Positions 12,820-25,345 of a stretch of DNA of 64,000 nucleotides are shown in pieces (within the stretch, counting starts at the first letter, position 1; each line of letters starts with the position of its first letter). A program made the position numbers and the translations under genes. The stretch covers positions 270,995-334,994 of the forward strand of contig MU063089.1 of NCBI GenBank assembly GCA_013265495.1, in the 5' to 3' direction. The notes below the pieces were generated by a model, which searched no databases, was not told the origin of the DNA, and saw only the letters and a program-made list of their open reading frames with translations. This stretch comes from Vicugna vicugna (taxonomy: Eukaryota).

Positions 12820-13140
12820 GGCTATAATGGTTCCCCATAATCTCATTACCCTAAAATCACTGATGTGAGGATTTGGCATTTTCTTTCAGTCTCTTTCTGT
12901 TTTCAAAAACATAGATGGAATCCTCTGTGGTGGTATTTTCCCCATTTTTTCTCCTCATGTTTTATCTTAGGAGCTTTCCCCGGCCATGGAGCACTGCTCA
13001 CACGCCGCATGTTTCAGGCTCTATATTTCATGGAACAGATAAGCTATAATTATTGATGCATCTCCTAATTTGATGCATTTCAGCTCTTCTATAATTAGTG
13101 ATTTAATAACCCACATGTCTGTTATGAATGTCTTGCACAC
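12820..13140 (-). mobile_element. Very old L1 (L1ME-like) 3' fragment
   Basis: AT-rich; gagctttccccggccatgg...atatttcatggaacagataagctataattatt pattern typical of L1ME3/4 ends. Confidence 0.4.
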
Positions 13141-13835
13141 CAAGAGGGCTCACATTTTTGAGGACTTTCTCCAGATACATTTCCAGGAGCTGACTTTTGG
13201 GGTCAAAGGGCACCCGTATATTTTAAGGCTCTTGATGCGTCCGGGCCAACTGTTTTCCAGGAAGTCGGTGCTTTGCTTGAGTGACACAAAGCATCGTATC
13301 AGGCTGCACCTTCTTCTGGACCATCGCCTTAGCATCTCTGTGAATCTGATCGGGGAGATGAGGTTCCCTGCTTACTCCAATTTGCAGCTTGTTGAAAACC
13401 AGGGAGGCTGGATGTGTGGTCCTACGTTGATGAGCCATTTGCGTTTCCTCTTTGGGGATTCATTTGTCCTTTACTTGGATGTCTATTTTGGGTCTTAATG
13501 TTTTCCTTGCCGATTTGTATTAGGGATACATTAGGGATAGTCACCTTCCCCTCCTGTGCTGTTTGTTCCAAACACCTCCCAGCTTGATGTCTGCTGGTTA
13601 GCTGTGTTAGAGACGGCACTACAGAGAGAGACCTTAAAACGTTATGAAGTCAAAACTACCGGCTGGTTGCATCCTGCTTTCTTTCAGTGCGTTTACATTA
13701 CATACTTCTGGCTGGGAGCTTTACTAAGATATTCCTGTTCTAGGGAACTACAGTACCACGTCACAGAGACTTCTGCTCTTCCTCCTGGTCACTTGCTTCA
13801 GAACAGGAAGTTGTGAATCACAACGTAATCATTAG

Positions 13836-14061
13836 ATATGAACTACTATATATAAACTAGGCAAACAGCAAGGTCCTACTGCAGAGTGCAGGGAACTGTA
13901 TTTAGTACCTCGTAATGGCCTACAATGAAAAAGAATCTGAAAAGGAATACATATATATATATATATATGCATAAATGAATCACTTAACCGTTTACCAGAA
14001 ATTAACACAACATCGTAAATCGACTATACTTCAACAAAACAAAGCAAAACAAACCAAACCA
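13836..14061 (+). mobile_element. Short camelid-type L1 3' terminus with 10-bp target-site duplication
   Basis: aaggtcctactgcagagtgcagggaactgtat...aacacaacatcgtaaatcgactatacttcaa plus A-rich tail; TAATCATTAG at 13826-13835 and 14062-14071. Confidence 0.92.
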
Positions 14062-15949
14062 TAATCATTAGTCTGTACTGCAAAGGCGGGGTTGAGGGCA
14101 AAGTGAGAGATGATTACTTGAAAGGAACTAAAACCAGGAACCAGAGGAGGCAGTCAGTGTCGCTGGAACTTGCACCTTCAGGAAGCTTCCTGGCCAGGAC
14201 TCCTTTAAAAGACAGGGCACACGGCGGGGCAGCTCACGAGGGCCCACGGGGAACTTGGTGATCCTCTCCTTGAAGAGGGGCTAGGAAATTTTTCTAAACC
14301 TTCAGTATTTTCTCCAGTTCTTCTGTACTTTTCTGTTGTCATAAAGGCCAGGGAATCTCCTCGTCAGGCACCGTTTATTTATGTACACAACAAATATTCA
14401 CTGCATCTTGACTTTGCCCAGGACACGCCATGGAGGCATCATAAACTTGTGTTTGCATTTTTCCATTTTCTTCCTTCGTTTTTAGAAAAGGGTCTGACTT
14501 CAAACATCACTACCTACAGGTCCAGGCCAGTCCCTCCAGCCTCAGACTTCTGGATTTGGCTTTTCCCAGTGACTGAGGCTTGAACGTTACTGCGGGTGTG
14601 GACAGACTGTGGGGGTGTCCTAGATGGACACACCCGACCTCCCCACTTGGAGCTCTCCAGCCAAGATGGCGCAACCCCACAGCACATTTCAAGTTAGAAG
14701 GCCCTTTCCCATTTAAGCCAGTGTTTCCAATCCTGACTATCTTTTATTTTTGTCCTGAAAACACTGCAGTGTCTTTGACAGGGGTATGTCAAATATAAGC
14801 TGGCTGGTTACTGGGAGAGCTTAGTGGCTAGAAGCCGACCGGGTGACAATTTGCAGGCTGTCCAGCTGTGAGTCCCCACATGGCGAAGTGCAGGGGATTC
14901 GGGCTGTGAGTAAACGGCCTGATCTCGCAAGACACTAAGGCACAGGGGCATCCAAACCGAGCTCCCTGCGCTGTGCCGCAGGAGACCTTGAAATAACCTT
15001 CTCCAGGCAGGCTGGAGGCTGCAGCCTTTGGGTGAGTCTCCTCCCTCCCCTGTACCCCTCCTAGCCTGCTTTTGTTTTCCAACTTGGCGTTTCATCCTCG
15101 GGGGAAATTCGATGGTCGCCACCTTCTCGGTTCTTTCCCTATCTCTGTCCCACAGGAGTTTTTGGCTCCGTCTGACCATCCCAGCCAGAGCGCTTTTCTT
15201 TGTCCGGGTCCCTCCCTCTACCTGAACAATTTCACGAGGGTTTAATTCCATTAGGCTTAAAACAAAGATGCGTTGGATGAGTTTGAACCAAAATAGCATG
15301 AGATCCATTCTCAGGCCGAATGCTCTAAATTGCTAGTCCGGGGTTTGAAATCTGCCCAGTGCGGGACCCAGGAACACTGTCGTTTAATCCTTCAAAAGTG
15401 TCCCCTATTGTCGCAGAAGAGGCTATGACCCCACGCGCACTTGAAGCTGAAAACACGAGGAACAGGTGTGCGGAGTGAGGGGCTGTAAGGAATTCCTGCT
15501 GCAGCTCCCGAGGTAAATGTCCTATGTCCGGCGCACCCTGAGAGGGATGCAAAGCGAGTCCACTAAAGACATCAGTCAACACAGGAGCATTCTGGAAGTG
15601 TCAAGGGAAAGCCCAAAGCCACAGTGTGCAGCTGCCGGAGAGAGGCCCTATCAGAGGCCACTGAAATAGAACATTGGGGTTTTCATGTCTCAAAACCATA
15701 ACCCACAATTATCCAAACCGATGGGAAGATGGCCAGAGCTTTGAGGGAGGAGCCAATGAGATGCTCTGTAGGGACGCCTCCGCTGCTCCCGATTTATTTT
15801 CCCGAAGTCACTCCTACCTCAAGCTGGCCTGCCTCACGCCTGCGTCAAAGCGCGATGGTTCCAACGGCCAGAGCGTTTCCCTGCCGGAGAGTCCAACTCA
15901 CGCCTTGCTGCCGATGCCCTCGGAAGACCCAGATCTGAGAAGCGGGCTG

Positions 15950-16145
15950 ATCAACAACAGGCCCCACTGTACAGCACGGGGAACTGTGTCAATACCCTGC
16001 AGTCACCTATAATGAAAAAGAACCTGAACCAGAACACGTGTGTGTGCGTGTGACTGAGCCGCGATGCTGTGCACCAGAAACTGACACAACGCTGTGACCC
16101 GACCCTACTGCAAATAAAAAAGGAAAAAAATTGAAAGCAAATAAA
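15950..16145 (+). mobile_element. Short camelid-type L1 3' terminus, strongly GC-shifted
   Basis: Colinear with copies at 13.9, 27.5, 31.3 and 54.1 kb (ctgtacagcacggggaactgtg...caccagaaactgacacaac...aataaaaaagg). Confidence 0.9.
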
Positions 16146-16644
16146 ATACCTTCCCCTCCCCGCCATCAGCTGCCCCCGCTCGCACCCTCCTGTGCTTTCT
16201 CCTCCTCAGACCGTCCTTCTTGCGGTGAAACTGTTCGAGACCCATCTCAGGACAGAGCACGGCATTTTCATTTTCCCTCTAAACGTGTCTGAGACGCCCA
16301 GCAAGGCACTTCCTTCCATCCTCTTATCTTCTGGGGTCACAACTGCACAGTGGATCAGTTTCTTCAAGGACACTGTCTAATGCCTTTGGGCAAACGGACA
16401 GTTTAATTCTCCCCCCCTCTGGGGACCACATCGCTGTGCTTCTCCGTCAGAATTCTTTCTAGGCCTTAATAAGCTTTCTGATAAAGTCTCCCGGCTCCTT
16501 GTAAAGCACTTGCTTTGTTCCCTGGCCTCTTTCAACGTCCTTCTAAGCAATGCCCCTCTGCTCACCACTCTGTCTTGTTCTATAACTGACTATCTGTGCG
16601 ATGAATTCGTCTGAACTCTGGCATTCGACAAGTGTCCATGTAGT

Positions 16645-16990
16645 TCATTTTTCAGATTAGAGAGGTAATACACGGACATTCAAACACTGGAAGATGCAGA
16701 AAAATATCAAAATTAATGATAAACATAACCCTACTTCCCAGAGATGCCCAATGTTAACTTTCAAGACCACTCTATTCCACTTATATTTTGTGCACGTATA
16801 TATTTCATATAGCTGTGTTACTACAAAAAAAGTTTAAGATCTTTTTTCTTAAAAACTTAATACAGTATCATGGGCACTTTCCTACATCATTAAAATTGTT
16901 CACAGACACGACTTTAAACAGTGACATCATATTTGATGCTCTGGACCTACCATCATTTATCACATCATTTCCTAGCTCGACATTGGGATT
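16645..16990 (-). mobile_element. Ancient L1ME4-like 3' fragment
   Basis: tatcatgggcactttcctacatcattaaa...atcatatttgatgctctgg...catttatc. Confidence 0.55.
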
Positions 16991-17574
16991 GCTGTCCCTC
17001 TCTGGCTAGAGTCGGGTCAGGAATTCATCTCCTGCAACCCCTTCTCCAAGCGGACATTTGAATTTAGCTGAGCTGCAGCCTCCCAACTCAGCAGCTCACT
17101 CACAAATGTGCCGTGAACTTTGTCCCGTGTGTTGGTCACAACAGGCCCGCAAGGCGCTCCTCCGTCTCAGGGCACCTGTCCGTCCAGCAGCGGCACAGGC
17201 CTGCCTTCACCAGGAGACTGACACGTCTAAACGATCACTATCATTACTGGTGTGCGCACCCTGCCCCCGGGTCCCTCAGTGTCAACATGCTTCCTTAATC
17301 CCACAGAGCCTGGCCCGGCTGCCCCGACCTCCCTCACCTGCACACAGAGGGCCCAGGCCGGGGCTGCACACCTGCTGATTCTCCTCCAGGAAAGATCAGC
17401 TCCCTGCAATTCAGGTCTCAGCCGCTCTGGATCTACAGTCTGCAGGATCTGGAGGTCCTCTCCCCACCAACCACTCTCAATGACAGCACCCAGGACCGCT
17501 GGGCTCCCTAGCCCACTCTCCCTGAAAATGGCTGCTTCTTGAATGCATTCCTTGATTCTCTCTCCCTTCACTCA

Positions 17575-17695
17575 AGCCCAGTTTCTCTTGTTCGTTTCCA
17601 TGACTTCTTTGCCCAGAATGGTAAGCGCATACAGCAGGAGCTCAATGAATGTTTCCTGCATGAATGACGAATGAATGAATGCATGCATGAAAGCA
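17575..17695 (+). mobile_element. L2 3' terminus
   Basis: caggagctcaatgaatgtttcctgcatgaatgacgaatgaatgaatg, the typical L2 tail. Confidence 0.65.
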
Positions 17696-18269
17696 TGAAA
17701 GTCAATCTCATTTCCCTGGTGAGCTACTCTATATATTACTTCTCACATTATACGGATGCATTTTTTTACCCAGAGAATTTCTCAAATCTTGAAAATATCC
17801 GGAAACCTTTGGCCAATGTTTTGCTTCTAGGAATGTCTCCTGATGACAAAGACAGGGATGGAGACAACAAGCTGGGCAAGGGATGGTCCTCAGAATATGA
17901 AAAACTTGAAAGCAACTCCCATAAAGAAAAACAGGGAACCTGTCACACGTGTTAATTGTTTATGAATGGTGAAATATTACGCAGCTGTTAAAATCCATGC
18001 TGTAAAGATTTTATAACAACATGACGATAACAACAAAGGCAATGATAATGATGTAACTCTGCGTGATCGAGTGAGAAGGACATTGTTCTTTGTACTGTCC
18101 ATGTTCTACAAATTTTCTTCAAGGAAAACGTGTTTCTTTCACAGATAAAATCTAAAAAAGCCTCCCGTTTGAGTTTAAAGGCAGGAGTACTCAACATTTT
18201 TTCTCACTTCTTTTTTTTTTGAGGTTTCTGTCCTCTTTTCTATGCTTAGAAGTGCTTGGCCAACAGTGG

Positions 18270-18555
18270 GTATTTTTTTTTAAGTGTCACAGAAAGAATG
18301 TTCAAAGAAGGAACCGGTTTTACAGGTTTACTTCTGTTTCATTATTCGTTTTCATGTTCTTTTTCATTCTAGGTTACTACAAGACATTGAATATAGTTCC
18401 CTGTGCCGTACAGTATAAAGTTGCTGTTGATCTATTTTATGTATAATAGTCAGTATCTGCAAATCTTGAACTCCCATTTTATCCCTTCCCACCCCCTCCC
18501 GACCTGGTAACCGTAAGTTTGTTTTCTATGCCTCTGAGTGTGCTTCGTACAGGTT
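18270..18555 (-). mobile_element. Camelid-type L1 3' UTR fragment
   Basis: ggttactacaagacattgaatatagttccctgtgccgtacag...ctggtaaccgtaagtttgttttctatg. Confidence 0.88.
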
Positions 18556-19859
18556 CACTTTTATAAAACCACCCGGTTCTCTTGGAACTGTCAGCAGTTC
18601 TCACCTGGACCGCTGTACCCCAACCCCACTAAAGCAGAAAGGGGCACCAGGACTTGCTCTGAGCTCATGGAGACCCTGTGCCAAGTGAGGTAGGGTGTGG
18701 TCAGCATGACAGAAACACAGCATTGTCAACACTTCCTGATGAAACCACAGAAGGTTTGTCAACCGATGCGGAGGGGAAAGGGGAAACGGGCAACAGAACA
18801 CGGGACGCGGGGAAACCGACACAGCCGGACGGTCACTGGCCTTGGTGGCGGCGGTGCCGTAGGGCAGTTTTTTCCCTTTGTATTTTCCTTCCCATGTCCG
18901 AGATAATCACCAGGAGCTGGACTCCCAAAATAGACACTTTTGTGGTTCGTTTATTCTCCTTGGAGGTCTTTTTTCTGTAGCTCTCTTCTAAAGCCAGGGA
19001 AACTTTGTTGTTTCCCTTTCTCTGTTCTGACATGAAAGGCAGCCCCACTTGGCCAGGCGGCCTCCCTGGACGCCCGGAGCAGCTGGAGCGCGCACCATCA
19101 GAGCCCCAGCCGCCCCCTTCTTCGCCCCCAGGAGGAAGAGGGAAAGTGGGACACAGAGGAACTAAAGACGACAAATACTTTCTACTGGAAGAGCACGTCC
19201 GACTGTCCCCAAATCTCCCACCGCCATCATTTCACTGGATGAGACCACAAGGGACCACATCACTATGTCTTCGCCTCAGAGCCCCTCAGGCAGCCTCTCC
19301 GCACTGCTGCCCAGCTGCTCGCCGGGGTGGCCACGCTCCTCTGCCCCCGGGCCACTGACAAGACTGGCTTTGGTCCTTGGGAGCGTCCATCATCCCTGAC
19401 CAACAAGCTCTGTAAGCCCACCTCCCCTCTCGGTTTTCAGAAAGAGACCCTCTGGACTAGTCAGGAGGTGTCCTCCTGGTGCCAGCCTCTCCGACTGGTA
19501 GAAACTGCCTGGTTCATCATCTTGACGGTGACCAGCAGAAAGCAGTGTGGTGACTGATTGGTGATGCTTGTCCGGGACAGGTCATAGAGGGGGGCCTGGA
19601 CGGACTGCAAGTCCACCAACGGCCATCTCTTACGAGGGCCATCTCCCCACTCCCCCGAGGCGTGTACTTGTGTCTTGGAAACTTCACACCCTCTAAATGG
19701 ATGGGAAGTTTCTCCCACGTACAACAGGTAAAGCAATGAATCACCTCACCCAGGCAGTGGGAGGCCAAGGCCAGGGCACCGTCTCATCCCAGGCAGGAGG
19801 GCCCGGAGGGTGCCACGGACGCCCGCTGCACCCCCAGGCCCTCACATTAACCATGCTCC

Positions 19860-20065
19860 CCTCTGGGCTGCCTCTCACTCTTGCCACCACATTCCTGGAC
19901 CTCTCCCTACTCGCCTCAGGGCAGTGGGCACTCCATTCCAGTAAATCCTCCGTGCGTGTCTTTATCCCCTGCTAGGCTGTGGATTCCCTTGAGGCAGGAA
20001 TCACAATCACACCAGGTTAGACAGGCACAGAATGGGCTCCCAATAAACATTTTTGAGCAGAATTC
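19860..20065 (+). mobile_element. L2 3' fragment
   Basis: ctaggctgtggattcccttgaggcagga...ggcacagaatgggctcccaataaacatttttgagcagaat. Confidence 0.6.
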
Positions 20066-22169
20066 AGCTGAGTCTCCGGATGAAGATCTCAGAGTCAGTC
20101 CTCTTAGTCCCTGTATGGACATTAAGGGAAGAAAAGCTCTAAAACTGAATTCTGCGCCCTCCTGTTTCTCAGTCCACTTTGCCAGTCCTCTGTGCTTGCG
20201 CAGTAGTTCTCACGGGCGAGCAAGAACAGGAGGGCTCTCAAAGGAAGCGGACTCTTCCAGCTGGAGCATGACTTTGCACCAGCATTCAAATACCCCCCTC
20301 CCTCATCCATGCACACGTGCACGCACGCAGGGACACAGATCGCACATATTTACGAACACTAGACATTCTGCTAAAATCCTGAGTGTTTTGGGTTAGGCCA
20401 CCCGATATTGCTGAAGGCCATGAAGCCTCTCCGACTGAACTGTGAGTTTTCCAAAGCAATCAAACAAAGAAGGAGGAACAGGCACCGATTTCAGCGAGTT
20501 CCACGAGGCGACTCCACATCTGGTTTGCAGAGGCTGTGTTTTGAAACTGCACTTGCTGTCAGAGTATTTATTAATACAGTCCTCCAGCACAGGGAGTCAT
20601 TCACTGAACAAACCTCGATACATTCGCAAATCCATGTGTTAAAACAATTTCATTATCTCACTCTACAAAAAGGGAAAAAGCCACCTAAGCTTTACACTGC
20701 CCAGGATGCACACCCCCATCCCTCCAGACAGCCGTACCTTTCGGGAATTTTCTTTAGTAGAAATAAAAGCTTAATTCTCCAAATACTTCAAGCTTTGGGA
20801 TTTTTGTTTTAAATCGGCTGGAAACAGTGCTGATGCCAAACGTGCTGCTAGAAATCAGGTTCTTTGTGTCAAGATGATTTTTGATGACCATGTAGAGGAA
20901 ACCCCAATCGTGAAAAGGTCTGCACCTGAAATTATGCACCCCGCCCTCGTGACCAAACCCAAGAGGCCACTCTGCCTTTTTTGTTTCAATTATGTTTCCA
21001 CACATGTGGCCCGGCTACCAACGGCATTTTGATTATATGTTCACGCCCAACCTCAGCATGAAAAGGGACTGGAGGCAGCTAGGGTGCCACTGACGGCAGC
21101 CTCACCAAAATTTTGCTTTCTCCAACATGAACTGATTTTCCTAGCTGTTTTACTTTACAGAAGGGACAGATTTAGAGACCGATGCTCCTGGAGGACCAGT
21201 GGGTCCTGGATTCTTGAAAAGCCATGGGGGAAGCACTGCCTTGGGGGTCCCAGGATCTGGTTTCAGTTGCACCCAAAATAACCTCCACTCCAGCCCCCCT
21301 GCTGGAGAGGATGCCAGGAGCGGGCCCTCTGGGCGACACAGTGACCGAGGTGACGGAGAAATACACCAGACCTTGGAATTAAGACTCGAGACACACTGGG
21401 GGCAACGGGGATTCCTGACTTGCGGAGAAAACCATGCCCGGCAAGAGGTCACCACAAGGGCAGACAACAGCCTGGGACGCTGGCTAGTAATCTCTGGGAG
21501 GGACCCCCTTGGGGAATGTCCTACCATCTGCTGTCTCCGTCCTAAGAACCCTGAGAGAGGAGGTGGGGGAAAACGAGCAGGCTTTTAAAATGAAAATCAC
21601 GTCCACCCCCCACAGGCTTTGAAGAAACCAAGGGTGGGACACCGCCCGCCTTGGGCATCAGCTGAGAGACCTACGCTCAGTGAGGGGACAGCCCTTCCCT
21701 CCTTTAACGGGTCATCGGTCATCACTGAAGGAAGGCCCGGCAGGACAGCTCCCACACCTGGGACAGACCACACCCGACTGGTCCCCGGGACGTCTAACCC
21801 AGCCACCAGGCCCCACCGGCACCATGCTGCGGTGCATCGAGGTCTGCATGGAACTGGATTCAAACCCACATGCAAGTCATAAGCCTGGGCTGATGCAAAT
21901 TAACAAACACACGAGGGGTGGGGGGGCCGATGGGAGGACAGGGAAGGAGCCAGGTAAAGCCGGGACCCCGCCGGCTCCTGTTCCCTGGGTATCGAAGCCT
22001 ACTTACTAAATCCCTGGCCTCAGTGCCTCTCGCTGACCACTGATCTTTCCACTTTTACCCTCCCCAGGGCAGGTGGATACGGGCATCTTGTCTGCCCACA
22101 GTGCCACGTCCTAAGGATTGCCACAACTAGAATGGCCGCTGGCTTAGCCAGCCCAGTATCTCGCTGAAT

Positions 22170-22275
22170 AGGGAAGACCGTGTCCTGGTTGTTAACTGAT
22201 GCATTCCCAGCTCCCAGGAGGGTACCTGGCACATATCACAGGTACTCAAAACTACTGCTGAATAGAACTGAATCC
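22170..22275 (+). mobile_element. L2 3' terminus
   Basis: gtacctggcacatatcacaggtactcaaaactactgctgaatagaactgaat. Confidence 0.55.
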
Positions 22276-22349
22276 TGAAAGGGGCGCCGAGGAATCCCTA
22301 GCGACAGGTTCAGGGTGTTTTCCTTTGCAGTAAAGCAAGAAGAACACAT

Positions 22350-22620
22350 GATGGGGGCGGGGCGGGGAGGATGTGCCGGCAGACGACGTCAGTGCTGGGC
22401 TCCTCTGCCCTTCTCAGGCGGTGGGAACTTCAAGTCCCACACTTGCCTTGAGCCTCGGCTTCCTCATCTGAGACCAGCAGCGACGCCGGCAGCGTTTCCA
22501 GCGCTGTGACGTCGAGCCCCGGAGCCCTGCGGGGAGGCTTCCACGCAGAGGACGCAGAGCAGCCCCGCCTCCGTCCCCGTCTGCTTCGCTCTGAGAGCTC
22601 GCAGAATTTTTCGTTTGACG
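22350..22620. promoter_or_regulatory. CpG-rich promoter/enhancer-like element with GC boxes and two CRE-like sites
   Basis: GGGGGCGGGGCGGGG at 22353-22367, GACGTCA at 22385-22391, TGACGTCG at 22507-22514, CCCCGCCTCC near 22563; high CpG density; no repeat recognised. Confidence 0.4.
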
Positions 22621-22989
22621 AGAGAATTCCACTGCTAATGACAGAAGGCAGGAAAAGCCACTTGATTCTTTTGCCCCTGAAGGCTCCACCCCCTGAGTGT
22701 TCAAAACCCCTTAAATCTGGCTACACTGGCATCTTATGGTTCCCAGAACGCCCCGAAGTCCTTCACGCCCCAGGAGCAGTGTGCGGCTGGTCCCTCCGCC
22801 TGCGGTGCCCTTCCCTGGCCGCCCATGGCTTCGTCTTCGCTGGACTGATTCCTGCTTAAAGGTCCCTTGCTCGGCAAGGACCCCTGCTGCTCCCAGATGA
22901 GTGAGTCCTGTTCACTGTTCTCAAGCCCTCTGTCCTATTTATTAAGAGAACTTCTCACAGTTAAGTTGAACCAAATCGGTGTAATCCTT

Positions 22990-23135
22990 GGTCTAATGCC
23001 TGTTCCTCTCCCTAGATTATCACTTCCACGAGGATGACGACAGAGGCTGGCTCTGCTTTGCTCACCACCTCGTCCTCATACAGAGCGGAGCCCACGTGTT
23101 GCGCCCAATAACTACTTCTTGAGTCAACGAATAAC
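22990..23135 (+). mobile_element. L2 3' terminus
   Basis: tagattatcacttccacgagg...ctgctttgctcaccacc...cccaataatacttcttgagtcaacgaat. Confidence 0.55.
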
Positions 23136-23364
23136 AAATGTAACAGGTGTTACGATGCTGCATAAGATGCTGAGTAAGAGTTCATTACCACGGGGGTACC
23201 ATCCCATTACCGTAAGACACTGGACAAGCCAGGGCCAAGGTCAGCTTCTCACACAAAAGCAGAGAAGCCACACCAGCCCTCCCCCCAGCCCTCTGGCTAA
23301 CCCTCTGTCTTATGTGATGTCTCAAAGTGACAGCTCAAATTGCCCCGGTGGGTACATTCCAGAC

Positions 23365-23562
23365 CTGGGCTGTCTAACACAGAAGCCACTAGCCACATGC
23401 AGAGATTAAATGCACGGTGATTAAAATTAAATGGAATTAAAATTCAGTTCTTCAGTCACACTAGTCAGCCTTCAAGCGCTCGATTAGCCGTACGTGGCCA
23501 GCGGCCACTGTCCTGGACAGTGAAGATGCAGACCGTTAACAGAACGTTCCTGGTCAGCACTG
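23365..23562. mobile_element. MER3-like hAT-Charlie MITE
   Basis: Ends ctgggctgtctaacacagaagccactagccacatg and tggtcagcactg; internal aaaattcagttcttcagtcacactag. Confidence 0.8.
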
Positions 23563-25345
23563 TGCTAGTGCCTGCTTAGCCCAACACACGGCACCTTTCT
23601 GGGCCGTCCTGGACCCCCTGGCTCCCTGTCTGGGTTCTGCCTTCCTTCCTGACATCGTAACTGTGGCTGGACACTCACTGCTGGTCCTTTCTGCAAGGAC
23701 AGAGTGAGATTTTAAAAGCTTTCATCTGTCAAAGAATCTAACGTCTCTGATCTTTTCCTTCTGCTCAATAGATTTAAAATCATCTTTTTCCCCCATTATT
23801 TTTACCCTCTTTGCTGGCAAGAAACTTCCTCTGGATGCCGGTCCCCTCAAAGCTGCCCCTGGTGTCGCTGGGCTCCTGGAGGGACTGGCCTCATTCCGTG
23901 GGAGCCCTGCCTCTGCAGAGTCTGTGCTAAGCCCTTGGTTGGCTTCTCATCATTCCTGACACTCTTGGTTCATTTGTTTGTAAAGAAAACTTTAGTTTGC
24001 TGAATAACAGCTCCAACATCTGCATTCATCTCTCGCTTTTCATATCACGCTCGGGGGCGAAAACTAGCTGGAGAGAAAACGTTTGCAAATCCGCTGCCCT
24101 GAAATGGACTCTCTTCATTTGGGACTAATTCCTACTGAGTTCATCACGGATTTGATTATTTTGTGACCGTTTCCTCCAAGGCTTCTGTCTAATCTTTAGA
24201 TTAGAGCTTTAGAGCAGTAATTCCTCCTTTCCTCTTTCGTAACAGCACATTAAGGAGGGATTTCTGCCCTAGCTGGTCCTGCTTTCATGATGCCTTACAA
24301 ACTGCCCCCACACAGCTTCTGGCCTTCACGCGGGCTCCCGCAGACGCAGACGCTGAGGCCAAGGAACTCCACTGAACCCCAGAACAGAACTCAAGAATAT
24401 TTACAGGAATACGAAAACAACCGGCACCCAGCAAGGTGAAGTTCACCACGTCCGAATAGCCCGTGAGAGAGTACCGGTCCTGCAAGAGAGCAGGGAAACA
24501 GGGACCATGCTGAGGAGACAAAGCAATCCACCAAAACCCCGAGCAGACACGCGTGGGAATCGGCACACAGGTCGTGAAAGCAGTGGTCATAACTGCACGC
24601 CGCAGTTCAAATAGTCACGCGGAGACACGGAAGGTACCCACAAGATTCAACTGAGCTTCTCCAGTGACAACTACACTAAGATGAAAACACACCGGACGGG
24701 ATTAATGGCAGGCTGGCCGCTTCAGAAGTAACGACCAGTGGCCTTAAAGATACAGTAATAGAAACGATCTAAAAGAAAAGAGAGAACAAAGAAATTTCAA
24801 CACCCCCCTCTCTCAATATAATGAGTAGAAAGAAAGCAAATAGGGGGCAGCAATCAGGAGGCACGAGACTCAGCCCTGCCAACCAACTTGGGCCAACTGG
24901 CATCTCTGGAACCCTCTGCCCAGCAGCAGCAGCACGTTCTTTGCGAGTGCCACACAACACTGGACAAAACAAATCGAAGCAAACCGTGTGCTGGGCCATA
25001 AAACGAGCCTCAAGTAATGTAAAAGGAATCAAGGCATATGAAGTTGGTTCCCCGTCCACAGCGGAACTAAGTCAGAAATCAGTCACATCTGATACCCGAA
25101 AAAAATCTCCCAAATGTTCGGAAACGAAATAATACATTTCTAAATAACCCATATGTTACAGAAGAAGGCAAAGAGAAATCAGGAGGCTTTTTGAGCAGAA
25201 TAAAAATAAAAACACGTGATCAAACTCTGTGGAATGCCACCAAGTAAGAGGAAATACCTAGCACTGTGCATCTACACTGAAAAAGAAGAGAAGTTTCAAA
25301 TCAGTAACCTTGGCATCTACCTTAGACAAAAAATTAGGAGAAGAG

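Noticed and set aside
14808-15308. 166-aa minus ORF and strong plus-strand acceptor at ~15154
   Set aside because: No recognisable protein; the plus frame after the acceptor stops within ~30 codons and no donor was found
57-21307. CTCF-like motifs at 57-72 (CCACCAAGAGGCGG) and 21291-21307 (reverse CCAGCAGGGGGGCTG)
   Set aside because: Each mismatches core consensus positions, and such near-matches are frequent in GC-rich DNA
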